64,000 nt of DNA from the NCBI GenBank assembly GCA_041947015.1, contig JBHGBL010000003.1, positions 76,148-140,147 of the forward strand, read 5' to 3'. A model generated the notes under the pieces. The model made no database searches. It was not told where the DNA came from and saw only the letters and a list, made by a program, of their open reading frames with translations. Shown one piece after another: positions 19,238 to 29,348 of the stretch. The translations under genes and the position numbers were made by a program. Each line of letters begins with the position of its first letter. Positions within the stretch are counted from its first letter, which is position 1. This DNA comes from Vicinamibacterales bacterium. GTDB taxonomy: Bacteria; Acidobacteriota; Vicinamibacteria; Vicinamibacterales; Fen-181.

Positions 19238-20371
19238 ATGAGCCACGCCCTCAAGTTCAATCGGCGGGAGTTCGTGAAGGCCGGGGCCGCGGCCGCAGTA
19301 GGCGCTGCGAGACCCGCTTCTGCCTTGGGCCAGGCGCCGGTTGTGATGACGCCGCGCAGCGTCAGACCGGTTGTCGTATCCTCCGCCAACGGAAACGTTG
19401 CGAGGAATGCCGGCCCCTTTACGTGCGTGGAGAAAGCGTTCCAGATGATCACTTCGGGGTCGGACGTTCTCCACGCGCTCATCGCGGGCGTCAATATCGT
19501 CGAGCTGGATCCGTCTGACACCAGTGTCGGGTACGGCGGCCTGCCGAACGCCGACGGTGTGGTGCAGCTCGACTCATGCTGCATGCATGGTCCCAAGAAG
19601 CGTGCCGGCGGGGTGGCTGCCATCGAGGGAGTGAAGACGCCATCGCTCGTTGCGCGAGCCGTCATGGACTTCACCGACCACCACTTGATTGTGGGCGAGG
19701 GGGCTAAGACCTTCGCCCGCAACATGGGGTTCGAGGTGGTAGCTGACCTCAACACGGAGCGGTCGCGTCGGGCCTGGCTGGAGTGGAAGCGCAAGACGGA
19801 CCCGTTGCACTACCTGGATCCGGACAAGCGGCAGCAGGCCGCCATGCGGGTGATCCGCGAGATGGTCGCCGAAGGAACGATCGACGCCGAGCACGTGTAC
19901 GGGACGATAAACTGCAACGGCATCGGGCCGAAGGGTGAAATCTGCGGCGTGACGACGACCAGCGGGCTGGCCTTCAAGATCCCCGGCCGCGTGGGGGACT
20001 CCCCGATCCTGGGCGCGGGGCTGTACGTCGACGGGGCCGTCGGGGCCGCGGGCTCCACGGGTCGGGGCGAGGCCAACCTCTACGGCCTCTGTTCCTTCTT
20101 GGTGGTGGAGAACATGAGGCGCGGCATGCACCCGAAGGACGCGGGCCTCGACGCTCTGAAGCGGATTGCCGCCAACACGATAGAGAAGCGGCTGCTCAAT
20201 GCCAGCGGCAATCCGAACTTCGGCGTGAACTTCTACGTGCTGAGCGCGAAAGGCGAGTACGCGGGAGTCTCGATGTACCCGTCACGCTACGCCGTTTGCA
20301 CCGAGAAAGGGCCCGAAACGCTGGAAACCGAGCACCTTTTCACGGGCAAGCCGGAATCGGGGGACGACTGA
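19238..20371 (+). CDS. Tat-exported Ntn-hydrolase of the isoaspartyl peptidase / L-asparaginase (asparaginase_2) family
   Basis: Start re-set to MSHALKFNRREFVKAG, a twin-arginine motif. The mature domain has the autoproteolytic GTIN/CNG core and a Gly-rich loop (GAAGSTGRGE). Confidence 0.75.
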   Translation: MSHALKFNRREFVKAGAAAAVGAARPASALGQAPVVMTPRSVRPVVVSSANGNVARNAGPFTCVEKAFQMITSGSDVLHALIAGVNIVELDPSDTSVGYGGLPNADGVVQLDSCCMHGPKKRAGGVAAIEGVKTPSLVARAVMDFTDHHLIVGEGAKTFARNMGFEVVADLNTERSRRAWLEWKRKTDPLHYLDPDKRQQAAMRVIREMVAEGTIDAEHVYGTINCNGIGPKGEICGVTTTSGLAFKIPGRVGDSPILGAGLYVDGAVGAAGSTGRGEANLYGLCSFLVVENMRRGMHPKDAGLDALKRIAANTIEKRLLNASGNPNFGVNFYVLSAKGEYAGVSMYPSRYAVCTEKGPETLETEHLFTGKPESGDD

Positions 20372-20374
20372 TCC

Positions 20375-21538
20375 TCACTTGACCGCCTTGTACTCCTTGA
20401 GGATCGCGCGGACGCGCTCGATCGGTATCGCCTCGACCGTGCGGCCATTGCCGGTGACCGACGTGGCGCGCAGGAGCGAGTTGTAGACGGCCTCCTCCGT
20501 CGCCTCCAGCACCGCCTGGAAGAGGGGTGACACGCCGTCGGTAGGCAGCAGTGTCCGGGGCTTCGGCGCCTGCTCGCCGAACCTGACCCTCACGTCCGGC
20601 GAGGTCGAGAATGCGATCGCATAGTCGCCGCTCCCGTTGCTGTAGGAAGACCCGGTCCGGCCCAGCCCGAACACAGCCCGCGCGGCAATGCGCCTCAGAT
20701 CGCGTGCGTCCACCGGCGCGTCTGTCGCCACCACAATCATGCAGGAGCCATCCGGAGAAGCATCTGTCTGGCCAGGGCGCGAAGGCGCGTAACTGTAGCG
20801 CCCGAGCTCCCTGCCCACGGGAGCGCCTCCCATCGTGAGAACGCCGCCGAAGTTCGTCTGGACCAGCACGCCCAGGGTGTATCCCCCGTAGCGTGGCGCA
20901 AGCCGCCGTGACGATGTTCCTATCCCGCCTTTCCAACCGTAGCATTGAGTGCCGGTACCGGCGCCGACGCTCCCCTCGGCGACCTCGCCTTCACGCGCTT
21001 CCTCGATCGCCTGCAGCACGTGCGCCCTCGTGACGTGCTGACTCCTGATGTCGTTCAACCCGCCGTCGTTGGTTTCACCCACCAGCGCGTTGACCGACCG
21101 GACGTTGCCGTTGCCAGGCTGCGCGAGCGTGTAGGCAACGACGGCATCCATGGCCGTTCCGACGCTCAACGTGTTCGTCAATACGATGGGCGTCTCTATG
21201 GTCCCCAGCTCCTCGACCTGCGTCGACCCGGCTAGCTTCCCGAAGGCGTTGCCGACGAAAACGGCCCCCGCTACCTTGTCTTGGAACAGGTTCCCGCCGT
21301 GGGGAACCACCGCGGTAACGCCCGTGCGGACGTTGTCGCCCTCGATCACAGTGACGTGGCCAACGCGGACCCCGGCGACGTCGGTTATCGCATTGAGCGG
21401 GCCTGGAGGAAAGACACCCGGCTCCAGGCCCAGTTCGCGTGACCGTGGTCTCCGCTCCTGACCCGACGCCAGGACCGCGAGCATCCCCAGGGCCACAACA
21501 AGGCTGCAGCCGGACTTCACGTTGACAGGCATCTTCAT
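20375..21538 (-). CDS. P1/S58 family peptidase (DmpA/ArgJ-like L-aminopeptidase/D-esterase fold), secreted
   Basis: 387 aa with a signal peptide. Conserved DmpA blocks are present (GVTAVVPHGGN, TNDGGLND, GTGTQCYGWKGGIGTSS). Confidence 0.7.
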   Translation of the reverse strand: MKMPVNVKSGCSLVVALGMLAVLASGQERRPRSRELGLEPGVFPPGPLNAITDVAGVRVGHVTVIEGDNVRTGVTAVVPHGGNLFQDKVAGAVFVGNAFGKLAGSTQVEELGTIETPIVLTNTLSVGTAMDAVVAYTLAQPGNGNVRSVNALVGETNDGGLNDIRSQHVTRAHVLQAIEEAREGEVAEGSVGAGTGTQCYGWKGGIGTSSRRLAPRYGGYTLGVLVQTNFGGVLTMGGAPVGRELGRYSYAPSRPGQTDASPDGSCMIVVATDAPVDARDLRRIAARAVFGLGRTGSSYSNGSGDYAIAFSTSPDVRVRFGEQAPKPRTLLPTDGVSPLFQAVLEATEEAVYNSLLRATSVTGNGRTVEAIPIERVRAILKEYKAVK

Positions 21539-21541
21539 TCC

Positions 21542-22906
21542 TCAGGGGTGCGGTTCGCGAACCTCGCCCGCAGGCTCGGCGGGCGAAGCAGATGAAACGG
21601 GAGGAGCCGGCTGCTCCATGAAACCGTCCTTTTCGGTGACGACCAGTGGCCTCGGCTCGTTTTCGATGAGGTACTCGAATTGCCGGCGGAATTCCTGCAG
21701 CGACACGCCGGCGGTTGCGGCGAACTTTGCGAGCTCGTGCGGGTCCTCGAAGTCATCGCGCCGCAGCCGGATCATGTAGCGCCTTGCAATGGCGTAGCGG
21801 GTCGAGTGGATGTCCACGAGCCTGACGCGCGCCCTGCCCGTTGCCGGGTCGAGGAGATCGCGGAATGGGATCGCGACGAACTGCCCGCCCTGCATGGAGA
21901 TCATGGCGGCGTTGCCGCCGGAAAGGAGGTACTTGGCGGCCGAGTACCCAAGGTCGCGGGTGTACTCCATGTCGAGAGGGATGGGGTCCGCGCATCGCAG
22001 CTCGTATCCGATGTTCTTCGCGCCGATCGTCGTCTTGATGCCGAACTCGCCGAGCCTGCGGATGACGGCAGCCTTGAGGATCTCGCCGAGGTTCACCTCG
22101 GAGACCCTGACGTTGCCGTGCGCGTCCCGTTCCACCTCGTCGATTGCCTTGAGGTCTTCCGGTTCAATGCCGAGCACCAGCCCTTCGGCGATGATGGCAA
22201 CGCCGTCCCGGCGGCCGTAGCTCAGGCGCTTTATCATCGCCCCGACCAGCGTGTCGACGACCTCCTTGAGGCGGACGCTCTTGCCGCTGAACTCCTCCGG
22301 GATGAGCGTGAGCGTTGCGCCGGCGGCCTTCCCGATGCCCAGGGCCAGGTGGCCGGCCTTCCGGCCCATGGCTATGACGAAGTACCAGCGCGAGGTCGTC
22401 TTGGCGTCCACCATCAGGTTCTTGACGATGTCCACGCCGTAGTGCCGGGCCGTCTGGAAACCGAAAGTGTCCACGTAGGGCGGCAGGTCGAGGTCGTTGT
22501 CGATCGTCTTCGGAACGTGGACGACGCGGATTCGCCCTCCTGCCCGCTCTTCGAGCTTCATGGCCGAGAACGCGGTGTCGTCGCCGCCGATCGTGATCAG
22601 CTGCGAGATGTTGAGTCGAAGCAGCGAAATGACGGTATTCTCGAGGTGGACCGGGTCGTCGGTGGGGTTGCTCCTCGATATGCCGATGTGCGAGCCGCCG
22701 CGGAAGTGGATGCGGCTGACACCGTCGATCGTCAGCGGGGTGACGTGGTCGATGTTGCCCTGCATGAGCCACTCGAACCCGTCGCGAATTCCGATGACGT
22801 CCACCCCTTCGACCTGGCAGCGGATCGTGGCGGCGCTGATGACGCTGTTGATGCCGGGAGCGGGCCCTCCCCCCACGAGTATTCCGACGTTCTTCGGCTG
22901 GCTCAC
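21542..22906 (-). CDS. pfp: 6-phosphofructokinase, probably pyrophosphate-dependent (PfkA family, long PPi-type)
   Basis: Has GILVGGGPAPGINSV, the TIDNDL motif and MGR. Its length and C-terminal extension fit the PPi-PFK clade. The start was set to an internal GTG because the track ORF extends through the divergent promoter region. Confidence 0.7.
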   Translation of the reverse strand: MSQPKNVGILVGGGPAPGINSVISAATIRCQVEGVDVIGIRDGFEWLMQGNIDHVTPLTIDGVSRIHFRGGSHIGISRSNPTDDPVHLENTVISLLRLNISQLITIGGDDTAFSAMKLEERAGGRIRVVHVPKTIDNDLDLPPYVDTFGFQTARHYGVDIVKNLMVDAKTTSRWYFVIAMGRKAGHLALGIGKAAGATLTLIPEEFSGKSVRLKEVVDTLVGAMIKRLSYGRRDGVAIIAEGLVLGIEPEDLKAIDEVERDAHGNVRVSEVNLGEILKAAVIRRLGEFGIKTTIGAKNIGYELRCADPIPLDMEYTRDLGYSAAKYLLSGGNAAMISMQGGQFVAIPFRDLLDPATGRARVRLVDIHSTRYAIARRYMIRLRRDDFEDPHELAKFAATAGVSLQEFRRQFEYLIENEPRPLVVTEKDGFMEQPAPPVSSASPAEPAGEVREPHP

Positions 22907-22995
22907 GCATCCATCATAGCAGCCCCGTCGCGTCGGGGATCCACCTCTCGCCCGCAGGTCCGGACTGTGGTAAAAGGTGCCCCCGGAGGTTGCCG

Positions 22996-25362
22996 ATGAG
23001 CATTCGTCCGTTACGTCCCAAGCGAACGCACATGCTGGTCCTGATAGTGGCGGCGGCCGCTCTTTCAACCGCGGCCGGGCTTGCACAGGCGCCGGCGGTC
23101 CCACCTGACGTCCAGGTGCGTCTGGACGGGTTCGAGAAGTTGCAGGAGATGCGCAGGCAGACGCCCCTCGCGAACCTCGCCTGGCAGTTCCTCGGTCCCA
23201 CCAACATAAGCGGCCGCGTCACTGACGTTGCAGCCGCGACGCCGCGTGGAAAGACCTACACTATCTACGCAGCGACCGCCACGGGTGGCGTATGGAGGAC
23301 GGACAACGAGGGCGTCACCTGGACCCCGATCTTCGAACAGGCACCGTCTACCTCGATAGGCGACGTCACGCTCGCTCCTTCCAACGAGAACATGGTCTGG
23401 GTAGGGACAGGCGAAGCGAACATCTTCAGGAGCTCGAACGCCGGCATCGGCGTCTACAAGTCAACCGACGGCGGCAAGACCTTCAGACACATGGGCCTCG
23501 CCGCCACCTACACGATCGCCCGGATCGTCATTCACCCGAGGAACCCGGATATCGTCTACGTGGCGGCCTCCGGCCACGAGTGGACGGACAACGAGGAGCG
23601 TGGAGTCTACAAGACCACGGACGGTGGGCGCACCTGGAGCAGGGTCCTCTACGTGAACGAGCGGACGGGCGCCATAGATCTGGCGATGGACCCGGTGGAC
23701 CCGAATACCCTTTACGCGGCCACGTGGCAGAGGATAAGGAAGCGGTGGAACGACCCGCGCAACGAGGAAGGCTATACGGGAAGCGGCATCCACAAGACGA
23801 CCGACGGCGGCCGCACCTGGACCCCGGTGAACCAGGGCCTTCCTGAACCGCGCTTCAGGGGCCGTATCGGTATCGACATCGCCCGGTCCAATCCGAACGT
23901 CGTCTACGCGTTCGTCGACAACTACGAGATTGGCACGCCTCCCAAGCCTGGTGAGCTCGACTCCTATGGCCGGCCGCGCGAGGGCACCATCAAGGGGGCG
24001 ACCGTGTACCGGTCGGACGACAGGGGAAAGACGTGGAGACAGGTGAGCGGTCTCACGCCCGAGCAGAAAACCTACATGGAGCGCCACTCCGCTACCTATG
24101 GTTGGGTGTTCGGCCAGATCAGGGTGGACCCGACCAACCCGGACGTCGTTTACACGATGGGCCTCGGCCTGAACGTCTCCGAAGACGGCGGCAAGACGTT
24201 CAGGCCGCTGAGGGGGATGCACGGCGACCATCACGCTCTGTGGATCGATCCAGCGAATCCCAACTACCTGGTGAACGGCAACGACGGCGGCATCGTGTTT
24301 TCCTACGACCGTGGAAGGACGTGGCGGCAAAACCTGGACAACCTGCCCGCCGTTCAGTTCTTCAACGTCTCTTACGACATGGCGACCCCGTTCCACGTTT
24401 ACGGTTCGGTGCAGGACCACGGCAGCTACAGGGCCGTCGTGGACCTGTCGCGCGGGCGCGACCGTATCCCGCCGCAGGAGTTCTCGCCCGCTCTGGGGGG
24501 CGAGGGGACGACGCACGCGATCAATACCGCTGACAACGTGACGGTGTACGCCTCCAGCTTCTACGGTCGACTCCAGAGGGTGGACATGTCGAAGTTCGGC
24601 GACCGGAGCGTGAAGCCCGCGAACGTCGCGGTACCGCAGGCGAAGGGCGAGCCCCCGCTGCGGGGCCAGTGGCTTGCGCCCACCATCGTATCGCCTCACA
24701 ACCCCGACATCGTCTACCACGGGATGCAGTATCTCTTCCGCTCGATGTACAGGGGGGAAGGGTGGGAACGGATAAGCCCCGATCTTTCCCGCAACGACCC
24801 CGCCATGATCGGTGACATCCCGTACCAGACCATCTTCACGATCTCCGAGTCGCCGAAACGCTTCGGCCTCATCTACGCGGGGACCGACGACGGCCGTGCC
24901 CACGTGACGCGCGACGGCGGAAGGACCTGGACGGAAATCACCAAGGGGCTTGCGCCGGACCGTTGGATCTCTCGCGTCGTCGCTTCGGCCTTCGACGAGA
25001 ACACGGTGTACCTTGCGCAGAACGGGAAGCGGTGGGACGACTTCAAGCCTTACCTCTGGAAGTCCACCGATGGCGGAGCCACATGGAAGAGCATCGTGGG
25101 CAACATACCGTCGGGCCCGATAAACGTGGTGCGCGAGGATCCGACGTCGCCGAACATACTCTATGTCGGAACTGACATGGCGGTCTTCGTGTCGTGGGAC
25201 GGAGGAGCTTCGTGGCACGTACTCGGCGCCAACTTGCCGTCGACCTTCGTCCATGACCTGGTCGTCCACCCGCGCGACCGCGTCATCGTCATAGGCACGC
25301 ACGGCCGAGGTGTCTACGTCCTCGACGCCGAACCTGTGCAGAACTACAAGAAAGGGTCCTGA
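22996..25362 (+). CDS. secreted Asp-box (BNR) repeat beta-propeller protein, Vps10/sortilin-like or GH74-like
   Basis: Signal peptide followed by at least nine S/T-x-D-G-G-x-T-W Asp-box motifs. The ATG at 22996 was preferred over the track's TTG at 22990. Confidence 0.7.
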   Translation: MSIRPLRPKRTHMLVLIVAAAALSTAAGLAQAPAVPPDVQVRLDGFEKLQEMRRQTPLANLAWQFLGPTNISGRVTDVAAATPRGKTYTIYAATATGGVWRTDNEGVTWTPIFEQAPSTSIGDVTLAPSNENMVWVGTGEANIFRSSNAGIGVYKSTDGGKTFRHMGLAATYTIARIVIHPRNPDIVYVAASGHEWTDNEERGVYKTTDGGRTWSRVLYVNERTGAIDLAMDPVDPNTLYAATWQRIRKRWNDPRNEEGYTGSGIHKTTDGGRTWTPVNQGLPEPRFRGRIGIDIARSNPNVVYAFVDNYEIGTPPKPGELDSYGRPREGTIKGATVYRSDDRGKTWRQVSGLTPEQKTYMERHSATYGWVFGQIRVDPTNPDVVYTMGLGLNVSEDGGKTFRPLRGMHGDHHALWIDPANPNYLVNGNDGGIVFSYDRGRTWRQNLDNLPAVQFFNVSYDMATPFHVYGSVQDHGSYRAVVDLSRGRDRIPPQEFSPALGGEGTTHAINTADNVTVYASSFYGRLQRVDMSKFGDRSVKPANVAVPQAKGEPPLRGQWLAPTIVSPHNPDIVYHGMQYLFRSMYRGEGWERISPDLSRNDPAMIGDIPYQTIFTISESPKRFGLIYAGTDDGRAHVTRDGGRTWTEITKGLAPDRWISRVVASAFDENTVYLAQNGKRWDDFKPYLWKSTDGGATWKSIVGNIPSGPINVVREDPTSPNILYVGTDMAVFVSWDGGASWHVLGANLPSTFVHDLVVHPRDRVIVIGTHGRGVYVLDAEPVQNYKKGS

Positions 25363-25719
25363 CGGACAACGCCGGCAGCGACCGCTCCGGAACGGGGAAC
25401 CGCTCTTGCAGCGGCATGCATGGCCGCTCAGCCATGCAGAAGACGGATCCGACGGGGATCGCGCAGTTCGAACTCCGGATGCGCCGCCTCCGCGTGCGGA
25501 CGTGCATCGAGCGGGCGCGGCGCGCGGCACTCGAGAGTTCGGTTGATGAGGCGCGGCAACGGTTGGAGGAAGCCCGGCGCCTCGAGCCCCGCAACACGGA
25601 AGTGGCGGAGATGCTGGCCGCGCTCGACAGCGCTTTTCCTGCCGCGAGCGCGGCCCCAACTCACGAAGCCGCGCGCGCCGCAGCGCCGGACCGCGGAGAG
25701 GAAGTCCGGCCCGCGGCTC

Positions 25720-26244
25720 CTACTGTCGTGAGCCCCCAACAATCGGCGCCGCCTTCGGGCTCCGTGCTTCCCATGCGCATCCCTGAAGCGTCTCGACCCT
25801 GACCTCTAGGTCGCCGCCGCCGGCACCGATCTCCAGGGAAGAAGGTGCCACCCCGAAACTGCACCACGCTGGCTCCTGGGGAACTTCCGCACGCGTTCGT
25901 TCACACTCAAGGCCGCCGTGCGCGCTGTCGGGGACTCGTTCCGGGAAATGCTGTAGCCAAGCGTCGAGGGTTCCACCCCCTGGCGGCTGGGATGGCAGGG
26001 AGACCCACGCCGCCGCCGTGCTCGCGGTCCAGCTGCATTCGCGCTCGGTCGTGATGCTCAGAGTGCCGGTGCCCCCCGCCGCGCCAAAGCTGCGAGGGTC
26101 AGCGGTGACCGAGACGTCGCATTTCGGCGGTGTCGGACCGACAACCGTCGTCGTCGCAGCGTCGCAAGCCGGCAGCGCGACCGACACTGCGAGCACCAGG
26201 TAGCGCAGCACGGCGCCCGACGCTAGTGAAGACGACGACCCCAT
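25720..26244 (-). CDS. lipoprotein with two tandem BACON-like domains
   Basis: Start re-set to MGSSSS...LAVSVALPAC (lipobox). The pattern C..V....P.SF...GG.G.L.ITT...C.WTA...A.W occurs twice. Confidence 0.5.
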   Translation of the reverse strand: MGSSSSLASGAVLRYLVLAVSVALPACDAATTTVVGPTPPKCDVSVTADPRSFGAAGGTGTLSITTERECSWTASTAAAWVSLPSQPPGGGTLDAWLQHFPERVPDSAHGGLECERTRAEVPQEPAWCSFGVAPSSLEIGAGGGDLEVRVETLQGCAWEARSPKAAPIVGGSRQ

Positions 26245-26390
26245 CGGGAAACTGGTTCCCGAGCAGGCACGGATCCGGCCAGTTTCCCCAATCAGGACGG
26301 GCCTGGTGGGAATCTGTGGGACGAGGATGGAATCACACTGAAAGCACAGGAGGCGGGCATGCACCCTTGCATGCCCGCCCCGGACCGAAG

Positions 26391-29000
26391 CTAGCGCGGG
26401 CGGGATGCTGCCGCGGGCTGTTCGTCGAACAACTCGGTTTCACGCTTGCTCTGCCAGATCGCCCATCCGATGGCAAGGCCGCAGATGACCGACACGATGA
26501 CGCCAATCATCCTCGAGTAGCCCCAGCTCGACGGGTCGCCGGACGGGGAAATCAGGTTGTATTGCAGAACCAGCCCCAGGCCCAGCAGGGAGACCATGTT
26601 CATCACCTTGAGCAGCGGGTTGACGGCCGGGCCGGCGGTATCCTTCAACGGGTCGCCGACCGTGTCCCCGGTCACCGACGCCTTGTGCGCCTCGGAACCC
26701 TTTCCGCCGTAGAACCCGTCCTCGATGGTCTTCTTGGCGTTGTCCCATGCCCCTCCCGCGTTGGCCATGAAGACGGCCAGCAGCTGGCCTGTGAGGATCA
26801 TCCCGGCGAGGTAGCCGCCGAGCGCGTAGGGTCCGAGTATGAACCCGGTGAGGATTGGCGCCGCAATGGCGAGAAGCCCCGGGCCGACGAGCTCCTTCTG
26901 CGCCATCACGGTGCAGATGTGCACGACGCGCCCGTAGTCCGGCTTCTTGGTCCCGGCGAGGATCGCCGGGTCGCGGAACTGCACACGGCACTCCCGGACG
27001 ATGAACGAGGCGGCGCGCCCTACTGCGCGGATCAGCATGCTCGAGAAGAGGAATGGTATCGCGCCCCCTATCAGGACGCCTACGAAGACTACCGGCTCCG
27101 CGAAGGTCAGCCGACCGGCTTCGGAGAGGTACTGATCCACGGTCATCGAGGCGAGACGATCTTCGCTTCCGACCGCTATGACTGCGATGAAGCTGGAGAA
27201 GAGCGACACCGCCGCGATGACTGCAGACCCGATTGCGATCCCCTTGGTTTCCGCCTTGGTTGTGTTGCCCACGGCGTCGAGGTCTGCCAAAACCTGGCGC
27301 GCGCGCCTGTAGCTGCCGGGCGCGGCTGCGTCCATCGCCGCGGCGTCGTAGCCCATCTCGCCGATGCCGTTCGCGTTGTCGGCGACGGGCCCGAAGACGT
27401 CCATGGAGATCGTGTTGCCGGTGAGCGTCAGCATACCTATGCCGGTCATGGCGACGCCGAACGCAATGAACATCGGCGGCGTGCCCGCGTAGGTGAGGGC
27501 GGAGAGAAGGATCGCGCCCGCGATCACGATGATGGCGGTGACTGTGCTCTCGTAGCCCACAGCGAAGCCTTGGATGATGTTGGTCGCGTGCCCCGTCGTG
27601 CAGGCCTTTGCGAGCCCCTTGACCGGGGCATGGCTTGTGTGGGTGTAGTAGCTCGTGACCTTGTTGAGCGTGACGGCCAGGAAGACACCGATAAGGCAGG
27701 TGATGGCGGGCCGCATGTCGAGGCCGGCTATGCCGAAGCTGGCCCAGAAGGGAAGAGCCATCGGATCGCCCCCTGGGAAACCAGCCGCCGCGCGCGGGTT
27801 CGATGCGAGGTACGACGCGTCGAAGTAGAGGTAGCCGAGCCCCAGCAGGAAGAACCCCGTGATGCTGATGAGCGAGCCGATCCAGAAGCCGCGGTGAACG
27901 CTCTTGAGCGCCGTGTCCGACGTGTCGTCTTGTCCGGCGCGCACCGTGTAGGTGCTGATGATCGAGCCGATGACGCCTATGCCGCGAACGAGCAGCGGGA
28001 AGACGACGCCCTTGTGCCCGAAGCTGGCGAGGCCGAGGATCATCGCCGCGACAATCGTCACCTCGTAGCTCTCGAAGATGTCGGCCGCCATCCCTGCGCA
28101 GTCGCCAACGTTGTCGCCGACGTTGTCCGCAATGGTCGCGGCGTTCCGGGGATCGTCCTCGGGGATGGCCTGCTCGATCTTGCCCACCAGGTCTGCCCCG
28201 ACGTCCGCCGCCTTCGTGTAGATACCGCCGCCGACCCGCATGAACAGGGCGAGAAGCGTGCCACCGAAGCCGAAACCGAGAAGCGCCTCGTAGGCATTCA
28301 CGCCGTAGATGAGGAAGATCAGGGTCCCGCCGAGGAGGCCGAGGCCGTCAGTCAGCATCCCGGTGATGGTCCCCGTGCGGTAGCCGAGCTGGAGTGCCTC
28401 TCCGTAGCTGTGCCGTGCTGCTGCTGCTACGCGGAGGTTGCCTGCCGTCGCTAAGCGCATGCCGACGAAGCCGACCGTCCAGCTGAACAGCGCGCCTACA
28501 AGGAAGGCTCCGGCCCGCCCCCACCTGAAAGCCGGCTCGCTGCCAGTGTAGGTGACGGCCAGCAGGATTGCGATCAGGACGATGAGCGGGCCTATCCTCC
28601 TGAACTGCGCCGCCAGGTAGGAGTTCGCACCCTCGCGGACCGCCGCCGCGATTTCCTGCATTCTGGGGGTGCCCTGGTCGGCGCGCTGCACCTGGCGAAC
28701 GAGCCCGGCTGCGTAGAGCAGGCCGCCGATCGCAGTCAGAAGAACCAGGATCAGCGCGATCTGCTCCACCTGGCTGAACGAAGGATCGGTAAAGGGCGAG
28801 AAGTACGTGAAGTGATGGGTCTCTTCTCCCGCGACGGCCACCTGCCCTGACAGGGCGGGATGGAGCCAGGCGGCTGTGAATGCGAGCAACATAACCGCAA
28901 GGAAACCAGTGCGGAAAGCTGGGGATCGGGTCAAGGCGAATCTGGCCACAGTGTTCCCTCGGTTTTGCGGAAGGCTAACAATCAAAGGAGGCAGAAGCAA
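26391..29000 (-). CDS. hppA: membrane-bound proton/sodium-translocating pyrophosphatase (V-PPase)
   Basis: Has GGGIYTKAADVGADLVGKIE and DNVGDNVGDCAGMAADIFESY and is multi-pass transmembrane. The true start may lie downstream of the track's start. Confidence 0.9.
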   Translation of the reverse strand: MLLPPLIVSLPQNRGNTVARFALTRSPAFRTGFLAVMLLAFTAAWLHPALSGQVAVAGEETHHFTYFSPFTDPSFSQVEQIALILVLLTAIGGLLYAAGLVRQVQRADQGTPRMQEIAAAVREGANSYLAAQFRRIGPLIVLIAILLAVTYTGSEPAFRWGRAGAFLVGALFSWTVGFVGMRLATAGNLRVAAAARHSYGEALQLGYRTGTITGMLTDGLGLLGGTLIFLIYGVNAYEALLGFGFGGTLLALFMRVGGGIYTKAADVGADLVGKIEQAIPEDDPRNAATIADNVGDNVGDCAGMAADIFESYEVTIVAAMILGLASFGHKGVVFPLLVRGIGVIGSIISTYTVRAGQDDTSDTALKSVHRGFWIGSLISITGFFLLGLGYLYFDASYLASNPRAAAGFPGGDPMALPFWASFGIAGLDMRPAITCLIGVFLAVTLNKVTSYYTHTSHAPVKGLAKACTTGHATNIIQGFAVGYESTVTAIIVIAGAILLSALTYAGTPPMFIAFGVAMTGIGMLTLTGNTISMDVFGPVADNANGIGEMGYDAAAMDAAAPGSYRRARQVLADLDAVGNTTKAETKGIAIGSAVIAAVSLFSSFIAVIAVGSEDRLASMTVDQYLSEAGRLTFAEPVVFVGVLIGGAIPFLFSSMLIRAVGRAASFIVRECRVQFRDPAILAGTKKPDYGRVVHICTVMAQKELVGPGLLAIAAPILTGFILGPYALGGYLAGMILTGQLLAVFMANAGGAWDNAKKTIEDGFYGGKGSEAHKASVTGDTVGDPLKDTAGPAVNPLLKVMNMVSLLGLGLVLQYNLISPSGDPSSWGYSRMIGVIVSVICGLAIGWAIWQSKRETELFDEQPAAASRPR

Positions 29001-29008
29001 ACCACCAG

Positions 29009-29227
29009 TCAGTCGTTTGAGTCAGTCTTGTTCTCGTCATCGCCCCAGGGTGAGGGTTGGGGGCCGGGCTTGATGCCGGCGATGTCCGGGTCTTCACCGC
29101 CAGATGGTCGTGGCGTTGCGGCCTTGCGGGCGCTCGCCGCCAGGCGGCGGGCCGTCTTCTGCTGCTGGCGTTCGCGGCGGACTTTCTCACGTTCACGCTT
29201 GAGGTGGGTGGGTCGCGACTTGTTCAT
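29009..29227 (-). CDS. hypothetical small protein with a strongly basic N-terminal half and an acidic C-terminal half
   Basis: About 72 aa (MNKSRPTHLKREREKVRRERQQQKTARR...DDENKTDSND), ending 9 nt upstream of the hppA start codon. It could instead be a spurious ORF in a leader region. Confidence 0.3.
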   Translation of the reverse strand: MNKSRPTHLKREREKVRRERQQQKTARRLAASARKAATPRPSGGEDPDIAGIKPGPQPSPWGDDENKTDSND

Positions 29228-29348
29228 GGGCCTCCATGTCGAGCTGCAGGCAGCGTCATCGAGGCCGAACGGATACACGGCCGTGCGCCCCGGGTGGTTT
29301 CATCCGCCACGCGCTCGAAGCGCACCGCTGCCCCAATTACATCAAGGC

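Noticed and set aside
25416-25802. 128-aa plus-strand ORF after the Asp-box protein
   Set aside because: It overlaps the 3' end of the convergent BACON-like lipoprotein gene by about 80 nt, and its composition is Arg/Ala-rich. It may be real (TPR-like helix) but I could not support it.
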